Origin: Candidatus Sysuimicrobiota bacterium
GTDB lineage: Bacteria; Sysuimicrobiota; Sysuimicrobiia; Sysuimicrobiales; Sysuimicrobiaceae
Reading direction: 5' to 3'
DNA length: 64,000 bases
Assembly (NCBI GenBank): GCA_040289515.1
Contig: PSLI01000001.1
Span: 32,001 to 96,000, forward strand
Shown: in pieces, positions 35,542 through 43,747 of the stretch
Layout: the number at the start of each line of letters is the position of its first letter
Numbering within the stretch: the stretch's first letter is position 1
Translations under genes and position numbers: made by a program
The notes under the pieces: model-generated
Database searches by the model: none
Seen by the model: only the letters and a program-made list of their open reading frames with translations
Told to the model about the DNA's origin: nothing

Positions 35542-36759
35542 GTGGCCCTCTACCAGTACACCGCCCGGGAGCAGACCGGCCGCGTGGTTTCGGGGACCCT
35601 GGAAGCCGACAACGAGGTCCAGGTGGCGGAGAAGCTGCACCAGATGGGCTTGTTCATCACCGCCATCGAGCGGGTCAAGGCGGGGCCCGGGGAGGTGTGG
35701 AGCTTCCTGGATCTGTTCCGGGGCATCTCCCTGCGGGACCTGGCCCTGTTGAGCCGTCAGTTTTCCACCATGGTGAACTCGGGCCTCACCCTGGTGCGGT
35801 CGTTGGTCATCCTGGAGCAGCAGACCACCAGCCACCGCCTGCGGGAGGTCCTCCAGAAGGTGCGTGCAGACGTGGAGCAGGGCCACGCCCTGGCGGACGC
35901 CTTGGCCAAGCACCCTCAGGCCTTCAGCTCCCTGTACGTGAACATGGTGCGGGCAGGGGAGGCAGGCGGCGTGCTAGACGACGTGCTGCAGCGCCTGAGC
36001 ACCTTCCTGGAGAAGGAGTTCGCCCTGCGGCAGAAGATCAAGTCCGCCATGGTGTACCCCGTGATCCTCACCCTGGCCGCGACCGGTGCCCTGCTGTTCA
36101 TGACCATGGTCATCATTCCTCAATTCGTGGTGTTCTTCCGCGAGCTGAACGTGGGTGAGCTGCCCCTGCCCACGCAGGTGGTGATGGGCATCAGCTACCT
36201 GCTGCGCGCGTACTGGTTCGTGTGGGTCCCGGGGACCGCGGTACTCGTAGGGGGCTTCCTGCGGTGGCTGCGCACCGCCACGGGGAAGGCCTGGTGGGAC
36301 CGGGCCAAGCTGCGCCTGCCCGTGTTCGGGCCGGTGATCCAGAAGACCCTCCTGGCCCGGTTCGCCCGCACCCTGGGCACCCTCCTCGGTGCCGGGGTCC
36401 CGCTTCTGCAGGCCTTCGACGTGACCAGCAAGGCGGTGGACAACGTGGTGGTGGAGGAGGCCCTTCGAAAGGTGCGGGCCAGCATCCGGGAAGGGGAGAG
36501 CATCGCCGTCCCCCTGTCTCAGGTGGAGCTGTTTCCGCCCATGGTGGTGCAGATGGTACGGGTGGGGGAGGAGGCCGGGAATCTGGAGGAGATGCTGGCG
36601 AAGTTGGCGGACTTTTACGACACGGAGGTGGAAGCCGCGGTCCAGGCCCTGGCCAGCACCCTGGAGCCCGCCATGATCGTGTTCATGGGGTTCGTGGTGG
36701 GCGCCATGGTTATCTCCCTGTACCTACCCATTTTCCAGATGGCCGCGAAGGCGGGTTAA
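35542..36759 (+). CDS. pilC: Type IV pilus platform protein PilC/GspF
   Basis: RQFSTMVNSG, AGEAGGVLD, SAMVYP, VGEEAGNL and LYLPIF. Confidence 0.96.
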   Translation: MALYQYTAREQTGRVVSGTLEADNEVQVAEKLHQMGLFITAIERVKAGPGEVWSFLDLFRGISLRDLALLSRQFSTMVNSGLTLVRSLVILEQQTTSHRLREVLQKVRADVEQGHALADALAKHPQAFSSLYVNMVRAGEAGGVLDDVLQRLSTFLEKEFALRQKIKSAMVYPVILTLAATGALLFMTMVIIPQFVVFFRELNVGELPLPTQVVMGISYLLRAYWFVWVPGTAVLVGGFLRWLRTATGKAWWDRAKLRLPVFGPVIQKTLLARFARTLGTLLGAGVPLLQAFDVTSKAVDNVVVEEALRKVRASIREGESIAVPLSQVELFPPMVVQMVRVGEEAGNLEEMLAKLADFYDTEVEAAVQALASTLEPAMIVFMGFVVGAMVISLYLPIFQMAAKAG

Positions 36760-38611
36760 ACACCCCGCGGGGTCGCACCACCACCGCGTCGCTGACGGGC
36801 CGCTCTCCTCCCTCGTCGGAGGGGCGGTTCGCTACAGTTCCCCCCACCACCAGAGTGGTGGAGCCGCCCCCGTCGAGGTTCACGGCCTCCCGCGCGCCCA
36901 GGGCGACCAGCTCCCGCGCCAGCTCCTCCAAGGTCATGCCGAGCCCGTGCTCGGGCCAGCGTCCATCCACCACCACCAGCAGCAGGCTGCCGTCCTGCCC
37001 GATGCCCACCGCGGTGCGGGGGTGGCGGCGGTTCCGAAAGCCGTCCGGGAAGCCTTCGTGGGCAGGACGGGCAACACCCCCCAACACGAGGCGCGGGCCG
37101 CCACACACCACGTGCCGCGCGGCCTGCCAGCGCGCATCCCCGGAGGCGGGATGCAAAGAGAGCAACACCCGTACAGGGTCGCCCGCCCGCAGACCCTGCA
37201 GCGCGGCCGTGGCAGTGCCGCTGGCCGACACCACGTAGCCATCCGGCGGGATCGCGGCACTGCCCCCGGAACGCGCTTCCCGCACCACTCCGCCCGCCAC
37301 CACCACCTCCAGCTCGGCGTCGCCCCGTGTGGCCTGCCCGAAGCGCGGGGTGTACAGGATCACTTCCCCGCTCCTGCGGACGCGGTTTACTCCCGAAAGG
37401 CGCACGGTGACGCCGGGCGCGACAAGCTTGCCCTGCCAGTCCAGGGCGTCCATCAGCACGAACCCTTCGCCCAACCCCAAACACGTGCGGCCGGGTACTG
37501 GCTCGCTCACCCACTCCCCATCCACCACCAGCCCTCCTGCGGGGTCGCCGTCCGGTGCGAAGAACCCGCCGTTGATGGCCGCCAGCGCCCCCACCCGCCG
37601 GCTTATCTCCGAGGTGCGCTCGCGTCCCGGTACCTGGTCCCGCGCCAGCACCGGCCGCACCTCAAACCGGTCCGGATCCACGCGCAGCGCGGCCACCCAC
37701 TGGGGCCCGGGAAGTCTTTCCAGGTCCCGCACCGTGGACAGCACCCAGGTGGGCAACCCTTCCTCCCGCAGGCGCGTGGCCAGCTGCTCTGCCTCCCGGC
37801 GGGTGGCAAAGGAGCCCACGCGCACCTTGTACAGCCCGTCCAGTTCGTCCACGGAGGCCACGAGCCCCGCATCCCGCATGCGGGATGCAAGCCGCTGCGC
37901 GTTGTCGGGGTTACCGAACGCGCCCACCTGCACCCGCCAGGTCGGCAGGGCCCGCAGGGCACCGCGCTTTTCTACCGCCAGCAGAAGTCCGCTCGATACA
38001 ACCTGCTGATACCGCAGCCGCACGCCTTCCTCCACGGCCCTCAGGTAGGCCCACAGCAGGCCCGCAGCCTCGCCGCGGGTGAGGGGTTCATCCCGGCGCA
38101 GGACCCCGGAGGAGTCCTGCAGGAGGGGTGGCTCGGTGCGGGTGGCCAGCACCAGTGCGGGGGTCACCGGACCGGGGGTATCCACGCGGGAGGCCAGCCA
38201 GTCCGCCTCCCACCGATACCCCAAAGCCCGCACCACCCAGTCCACGGCATCCTCCCGGCGCACGGCCTCCGCGGGCCGGAAACGCACTTGGTCCGATACG
38301 AGGCCGTAGCGACTGGCGGCCTCCACGAAGGGCGCTTCGGGGTGCGAGGCCGGAATGTCGCCGAACGTGGAGTGCTCGACCCGCCTCGTCGGGAGCCCCT
38401 TCGCCGTCACCAGCCACCGCAAAAAGCGTGCCCGCGAAAGAGTTGCGTGAGGCCGAAACAGGCCGTCGGGGTCGGTGTCCACCACCCGGCGCTCCAGCAG
38501 GGTCTGGATGGCAACGGCGGCCTGACTTGCAGCCCAATCGCCGGAGGCGGGCTGAGTCCGGGCCAAGCTCGCTATAGCAGCTACCCACAGGACAACGAGT
38601 GCCCTTCGCAC
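36710..38611 (-). CDS. Exported SLH + SPOR + phosphodiester glycosidase (NAGPA-like) protein
   Basis: Signal-like N-terminus; SLH motifs FRPHATLSRA and FRPAEAVRRE; SPOR VQVGAF...VRVGSF; AINGGFF, HPRTAVG and NLDGGGS; start uncertain; 3' end overlaps pilC by 50 nt. Confidence 0.85.
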   Translation of the reverse strand: MRRALVVLWVAAIASLARTQPASGDWAASQAAVAIQTLLERRVVDTDPDGLFRPHATLSRARFLRWLVTAKGLPTRRVEHSTFGDIPASHPEAPFVEAASRYGLVSDQVRFRPAEAVRREDAVDWVVRALGYRWEADWLASRVDTPGPVTPALVLATRTEPPLLQDSSGVLRRDEPLTRGEAAGLLWAYLRAVEEGVRLRYQQVVSSGLLLAVEKRGALRALPTWRVQVGAFGNPDNAQRLASRMRDAGLVASVDELDGLYKVRVGSFATRREAEQLATRLREEGLPTWVLSTVRDLERLPGPQWVAALRVDPDRFEVRPVLARDQVPGRERTSEISRRVGALAAINGGFFAPDGDPAGGLVVDGEWVSEPVPGRTCLGLGEGFVLMDALDWQGKLVAPGVTVRLSGVNRVRRSGEVILYTPRFGQATRGDAELEVVVAGGVVREARSGGSAAIPPDGYVVSASGTATAALQGLRAGDPVRVLLSLHPASGDARWQAARHVVCGGPRLVLGGVARPAHEGFPDGFRNRRHPRTAVGIGQDGSLLLVVVDGRWPEHGLGMTLEELARELVALGAREAVNLDGGGSTTLVVGGTVANRPSDEGGERPVSDAVVVRPRGVFNPPSRPSGKWVGTGR

Positions 38612-38709
38612 GGGGGTTGGCTTCGCAACTTCGGGGCCAGCCTCCTGCGGAAGGGGACAGCCCACCAACGTGGAATGTTCCCACCGCGACGCTTGGGGGG
38701 GGAGGACCC

Positions 38710-39696
38710 GTGGTTCAGCTGCGGACGTCTTACGCGCAGGACCTGCGGCTGGTTTCGAGCTGGACGGGCTGGCTGGGCGTGGTGCTCCTGGGCGTGGGGC
38801 TGGCCCTACTGCCCCTGCTGGCACCCCGGTACGTGGTGTACGTAGCCACCATGGCCGCGGTGCACACGTTGGTGGCAGTGGGCCTGAACCTGTTGGTGGG
38901 CTACGCCGGCCAGATCTCCCTGGGCCACGCGGGCTTTTTTGCCGTGGGTGCGTACACCCACGGGCTGGTGCTGACCCGGCTGGGGTGGGGGTTCTGGCCG
39001 GCTTTCGCAGCCGCGGCCGTGGTGAGCCTCCTGTTCGGGTACGGGGTAGGGGTGCCGGCCCTTCGGCTTTCAGGTCCGTACCTGGCGGTGGCCACCATGG
39101 CCTTCGGCCTGGCCGTGCACCAGGTGCTGGTGAATTGGGAGGCCCTCTCGGGCGGGCGATCCGGACTGTTCCTGCCCGAGGTGCGGCTGCTGGGTGGGTC
39201 CCTGAAGGACGAGCGGATGCTGTACGGCGTCGTGGTGGCCGTGACCGTGTTGCTGGTGCTGGCCGCGGCGCGTCTGGTGCGCTCGTATGTGGGGAGGGCG
39301 TTCGTTGCCATCCGGGACAGCGACGTAGCCGCGGAGCTGTCGGGGGTCGACCTCACTCGTTACAAAACCCTGGCCTTCGCCCTGAGCGCCCTGTACACGG
39401 GAGTGGCGGGTGCCCTCCTGGGGCACGTGGTGGGCTTCCTGGAGCCGCAGCTGTTTACCCTGTTTGAGTCCGTGTACTTCCTCTCCTTGGTGGTGGTGGG
39501 GGGCCTGGCCTCCATCACGGGCAGCGTGCTGGGCGCGGTGCTTTTGACCCTGCTGCCGCAGGTGCTCTCCGGAGTGGGGGAGGCCCTCAACGTCCTGTAC
39601 GGGGCCGCGGTGATCCTGGTTCTGCGGTTCGAACCGGGCGGGCTGTACGCCCGGTGGCTGAAGATCCAGCGGTACTGGAGGACCTGGCCTTTGTGA
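38710..39696 (+). CDS. livM: Branched-chain amino acid-type ABC permease
   Basis: GLNLLVGYAGQISLGHAGF, LRLSGPYLAVAT and GRAFVAIRD. Confidence 0.92.
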   Translation: MVQLRTSYAQDLRLVSSWTGWLGVVLLGVGLALLPLLAPRYVVYVATMAAVHTLVAVGLNLLVGYAGQISLGHAGFFAVGAYTHGLVLTRLGWGFWPAFAAAAVVSLLFGYGVGVPALRLSGPYLAVATMAFGLAVHQVLVNWEALSGGRSGLFLPEVRLLGGSLKDERMLYGVVVAVTVLLVLAAARLVRSYVGRAFVAIRDSDVAAELSGVDLTRYKTLAFALSALYTGVAGALLGHVVGFLEPQLFTLFESVYFLSLVVVGGLASITGSVLGAVLLTLLPQVLSGVGEALNVLYGAAVILVLRFEPGGLYARWLKIQRYWRTWPL

Positions 39697-40568
39697 CGCT
39701 GCTGCTGCAGTACGTGGCCAACGGCCTGGCGGCGGGAAGCCTGTACGCCCTGGTGGCGCTGGGGGTCGTGCTGCTGTACCGGTGCTCCCGCGTGCTGAAC
39801 TTCGCGCATGGGGACGTGAGCACCCTGGGAGTGTTTTTGGCCTTCAGCGGCCTGGTGCGCGGCTGGCCGTACAGCCTTGCTCTGACCGCTGGGCTTGCGG
39901 GTGCTGCCCTGGTCTCCGCGGTCTTCTACCGGGCCCTGATCCGGCCCGTGCGGCAGCCCACGCCGTTGAGCCTGGTGATCACCACCCTGGGGTTCGCGCT
40001 GTTTTTGAGCGGGCTGATGGTGTGGATATGGGGAACGGACACCAAGGTGTTCCCGTTTCCCCTGTCGGAGGTGCGGGTGTACCGCCTGGGCGAGGTGGTG
40101 GTGAGCGAGCTGACCGGGGGCTCCCTGGCCGCGGGCTTGACGCTGGTGGGGGGCTTGACCCTGCTCGTTCACAGGACCCGTCTGGGCCTGGCCATGCGGG
40201 CGGTGGCGCAGAACCCCGTGGCCGCCCAGCTGTTGGGGGTACCCGCAGGCCGCGTGTTGGCCGCCACCTGGGCCGTGGCCGGGGCCCTGGGCGCGGCCGC
40301 GGGGATGCTGCTGGCCCCGGCGGTGCTGCTGGACCCCTTCATGATGCTGGACCCGTTCCTGAAGGGGTTCGCGGCCGCGGTGCTGGGCGGGATGGACAGC
40401 CTGGCGGGCGCGGTGGTGGGCGGGCTGGTTCTGGGTGTGGCGGAGAGCCTGTTTGCGGGGTACGTGTCGGTGAAGTACAAGGCCACCCTGAGTTTCGTGG
40501 TGATTGTGGCGGTGCTGCTGGCAAGGCCGGAGGGCTTGCTCGGCCGGCCCTTCCAGCGGCGCGTGTAG
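39693..40568 (+). CDS. livH: Branched-chain amino acid-type ABC permease
   Basis: NGLAAGSLYALVALG, NFAHG and GLAMRAVAQN. Confidence 0.92.
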   Translation: MTLLLQYVANGLAAGSLYALVALGVVLLYRCSRVLNFAHGDVSTLGVFLAFSGLVRGWPYSLALTAGLAGAALVSAVFYRALIRPVRQPTPLSLVITTLGFALFLSGLMVWIWGTDTKVFPFPLSEVRVYRLGEVVVSELTGGSLAAGLTLVGGLTLLVHRTRLGLAMRAVAQNPVAAQLLGVPAGRVLAATWAVAGALGAAAGMLLAPAVLLDPFMMLDPFLKGFAAAVLGGMDSLAGAVVGGLVLGVAESLFAGYVSVKYKATLSFVVIVAVLLARPEGLLGRPFQRRV

Positions 40569-40599
40569 GCGGGAAGAACACAAGGAAAGGAGGGAGGTC

Positions 40600-41772
40600 A
40601 TGCACCGCGTGTGGTGGTTGCTGGGAGTGCTGTTGCTGGTCCTGCCCCTGGGCAGCTTCGCTCAGGAGCGCGGCGTGACCGCGGAGGAGGTGGTGGTGGG
40701 GACATCCATGCCCCTGAGCGGGCCCGCCGCGTACTGGGGCGCGGTGGGTCGGGCTATGGAGGCGTACGCGCGGTACCTGAACGACCAGGGCGGCATCCAT
40801 GGTCGGCGGCTGCGGGTGGTGGTGCGGGACGACAGCTACCTGCCTCCGCGGGCCGCGGCCAACGTCCGCGAGCTGGTGGAGCGGGTGGGCGTGTTCGCCA
40901 TCGTGGGGCTCATCGGCACCGCCAACGCCTTCGCGGTGCGGGACTACATCGTCCGCAACGAGGTGGTGTGGATCACGCCCACCGCGGACGCCACCATCTG
41001 GTACGGCTTCCGGGACAAGAAGTACCTGTTCGTCACCTACCCCTCGTACGTGGAGGAGGCCAAGATCCTGGTGGACTACGCAGCCAAGCAGCTGGGGATC
41101 AAGACGGTGGCGGTGTTCTACCAGAACGACCTGTACGGGCAGAAAGGACTTCTGGGCGCCAAACAGGGTGCGGTGCGGTCCCGGGTACGCCTGGCGGCTC
41201 AGGTGCCCTACGAGGTCACCCAGACGGACGTGAGCTCGGAAGCCGTGAAGCTGCGGGAGTCGCGGGCGGACGCGGTGCTCCTGTACGCCACCCCGCGCCA
41301 CGGTGCCCTCATCGTGCGGGAGATGGCCAAGCTGGGCTATACGCCCAAACTGCTGAGCTCCTTCACCCTAGGGGACCCCATCATGTTCGCGCTGGCGGGG
41401 GAGGCGTGGAACGGGGTGATCTCCACCGCCTTCTTCCCCCTGCCGGGCACCGGGGACAGCCGGGTGGACGAGGCGCTGGCCATCCTCACCCGGGTGGACC
41501 CGGCTTTGCGCGCCAACCCCTTCAACGCCCTGGCGGGGTGGGCATTCATGGAGCCCTTCGTGGAGGGCCTGCGGCGCGCAGGTCGGGAGCTCACCCGCGA
41601 GCGGTTCGTAACCGCCATGGGGAGCATCCGGGGCTGGGATGGCCAGGTGATCCGGCAGGTCACCTTCGGGCCGGACCGCCGGCAGGGCACCAACCGGCTG
41701 TTCCTCACCCGTGCGGAGGGTGGCCGGTGGACCCGGCTGTCGGACTGGATCAGCTACCCCGTGGGCTTCTAG
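40600..41772 (+). CDS. Liv-type ABC substrate-binding protein
   Basis: Strong RBS, signal peptide, GVTAEEVVVG, PLSGPAA, NDQGGIHGRRL and DDSY. Confidence 0.9.
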   Translation: MHRVWWLLGVLLLVLPLGSFAQERGVTAEEVVVGTSMPLSGPAAYWGAVGRAMEAYARYLNDQGGIHGRRLRVVVRDDSYLPPRAAANVRELVERVGVFAIVGLIGTANAFAVRDYIVRNEVVWITPTADATIWYGFRDKKYLFVTYPSYVEEAKILVDYAAKQLGIKTVAVFYQNDLYGQKGLLGAKQGAVRSRVRLAAQVPYEVTQTDVSSEAVKLRESRADAVLLYATPRHGALIVREMAKLGYTPKLLSSFTLGDPIMFALAGEAWNGVISTAFFPLPGTGDSRVDEALAILTRVDPALRANPFNALAGWAFMEPFVEGLRRAGRELTRERFVTAMGSIRGWDGQVIRQVTFGPDRRQGTNRLFLTRAEGGRWTRLSDWISYPVGF

Positions 41773-41780
41773 GGGGACCG

Positions 41781-42557
41781 GTGGCGCTCAATTCGCCCCT
41801 GCTCCAGGTGGAAGGCCTCACCCTGCGCTTCGGCGGGCTTGCGGCCCTGCAGGACGTGAGCCTGCAGGTGTGGCCCGGGGAGCTGGTGAGCATCATCGGC
41901 CCCAACGGGGCCGGCAAGACCAGCCTGTTCAACTGCGTGTGCGGGCTGTACCAGCCCCAGCAGGGCCGCGTGGTGTTGGGGGGCCGCGACATCACCCGCG
42001 CAGCCCCCCACCTCATCGCCCGCCTGGGGGTGGCCCGCACCTTCCAGAACCTGGAGCTGTTCAGGGGGATGACGGTGCTGGATAACCTCCTGCTGGGCTG
42101 CCACCGCCACTTCCGCAGCCCAGTGTGGGAGGTGGCCCTGCAGACGCGCAGGGTGCGGGAGGAGGAGGTTCGGCAGCGGGAGCGGGCGGAGGTGATCCTG
42201 GAGTTTTTAGAGCTGCAGGCGTACCGGGAGCGTCCCGTAGCTGCCCTGCCCCACGGGGTGCAGAGGGTGGTGGAGTTGGGCCGCGCCCTTGCCAGCCAAC
42301 CGCGCCTGCTGCTGCTGGACGAACCCTCCGCGGGCCTGACGGCGGAGGAGAAGGAGGAGCTGAAGTTCCGGCTGCAGGACGCGCGGCGGGCCTTCGGGGT
42401 CACCGTGGTGCTGGTGGAGCACGACCTGCGCATGGTCATGGACCTGTCCGAACGTGTAGTGGTGCTGGACCACGGGGAGGTCATCGCCCAGGGACCGCCC
42501 CAGCAGGTGCAGAGCGACCCCAAGGTGGTGGAGGCGTACCTGGGCGTGGGCGCATGA
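41781..42557 (+). CDS. livG: Liv-type ABC ATP-binding protein
   Basis: FGGLAAL, GPNGAGKT, RTFQN, LLDEP and EAYLG. Confidence 0.93.
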   Translation: MALNSPLLQVEGLTLRFGGLAALQDVSLQVWPGELVSIIGPNGAGKTSLFNCVCGLYQPQQGRVVLGGRDITRAAPHLIARLGVARTFQNLELFRGMTVLDNLLLGCHRHFRSPVWEVALQTRRVREEEVRQRERAEVILEFLELQAYRERPVAALPHGVQRVVELGRALASQPRLLLLDEPSAGLTAEEKEELKFRLQDARRAFGVTVVLVEHDLRMVMDLSERVVVLDHGEVIAQGPPQQVQSDPKVVEAYLGVGA

Positions 42558-43327
42558 GCGCGGAGGTGCTGTCCTGCCGGAACGTGGAGGCGGGCTACCG
42601 CAAGGGGCTGGCGGTCCTGCGGGGTGTCTCGCTACATGTGCGGGAGGGTCAGGTGGTGGCCCTCCTGGGCAGCAACGGGGCGGGCAAGAGCACCCTCCTG
42701 CGGGCCGTGATGGGCCTGATCCCCGACCAGCCGGAGAAAGGCGAGGTGGTCTTCCGCGGAGCGCGGCTCAACGGCAGGGACCCTGACGCCATCACGCGCC
42801 TCGGGGTGGTCCTGGTGCCAGAGGGGCGAGGGCTCTTCCCGGAGCTTACGGTGGAGGAGAACCTGCAGCTCGTTGGTTACGCGCGCCCCTACACCCGGGC
42901 GGACTATGAGGCGGTGCTCGATCGGTTTCCCGTGCTGCGGGAGCGGAAAAGTCAGCAAGCGGGGACCCTGTCGGGCGGGGAGCAGCAGATGCTGGCCATC
43001 GCCCGGGCCCTTTTACTGCGGCCGTCGCTGCTGCTGCTGGACGAGCCCTCCCTGGGGCTGGCCCCACGGGTGGTGGCGCACATCTTCGGGATCCTGCAAG
43101 CCCTGAACCGGGATGGCTTGTCCATCCTCCTGGTGGAGCAGAATGCCCGCATGGCCCTGCAGGTGGCCCACTACGGCTACGTGCTGGAAGCCGGGCGGCT
43201 GGTGCTGGAGGGCCCCGCGGAACGGCTGCGGGAGGATCCCAACGTCCAGGAGCTTTACCTGGGTGTGCAGCGGGAGCCTTCGCCCAAAGGCTTCCGACGG
43301 TGGCGCCCCCGACGCCGGTGGGCGTGA
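42554..43327 (+). CDS. livF: Liv-type ABC ATP-binding protein
   Basis: GSNGAGKST, VPEGR, LSGGEQQMLA, DEPSLGLAP and VEQN. Confidence 0.93.
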   Translation: MSAEVLSCRNVEAGYRKGLAVLRGVSLHVREGQVVALLGSNGAGKSTLLRAVMGLIPDQPEKGEVVFRGARLNGRDPDAITRLGVVLVPEGRGLFPELTVEENLQLVGYARPYTRADYEAVLDRFPVLRERKSQQAGTLSGGEQQMLAIARALLLRPSLLLLDEPSLGLAPRVVAHIFGILQALNRDGLSILLVEQNARMALQVAHYGYVLEAGRLVLEGPAERLREDPNVQELYLGVQREPSPKGFRRWRPRRRWA

Positions 43328-43339
43328 TGGGTTGTGCAG

Positions 43340-43747
43340 CCGCCATCGGGCGCGACGGGAGCCAGGCCGGGGGAACCGGGCACTTGTAGCGGGAACATTA
43401 CGCCGCCTGGTGGCGGAGAATCCGTCGCGCGCATCTCCCCGGGGGATCTGCAGAGACGCCGGACAGCTGGAGGAGGACCTGCGGTGGTTTGAGGCAACCG
43501 TCCTCGCGTGTTTCGGTACCGCGGCCCGTACGTGGCCATTCACCGCCCGCGCGTCATCGATCACGACCCCGACTTCGACACCCTTGCGCGGCGCGTCTTC
43601 GCGAAGCTCGGCCCGGTCCCCGTGTGCATGCCCACGGTGACACCCCGGGAACGGATCGTTCGCGTTCCTGTGGGGATCACCCTCCACGGCCCGCGGGAGG
43701 TTCTCGGGATTGCCAGCGGCCCCCGTCCGGTACGATCGCCCGCTTAG
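43340..43747 (+). pseudogene. Frameshifted DUF5678-like protein remnant (boundaries approximate)
   Basis: LEEDLRWFEA in one frame continues as NRPRVFRYRGPYVAIH...VIDHDPDFDTLARRV in another; one missing A near 43495 joins them; no clean start codon. Confidence 0.5.
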
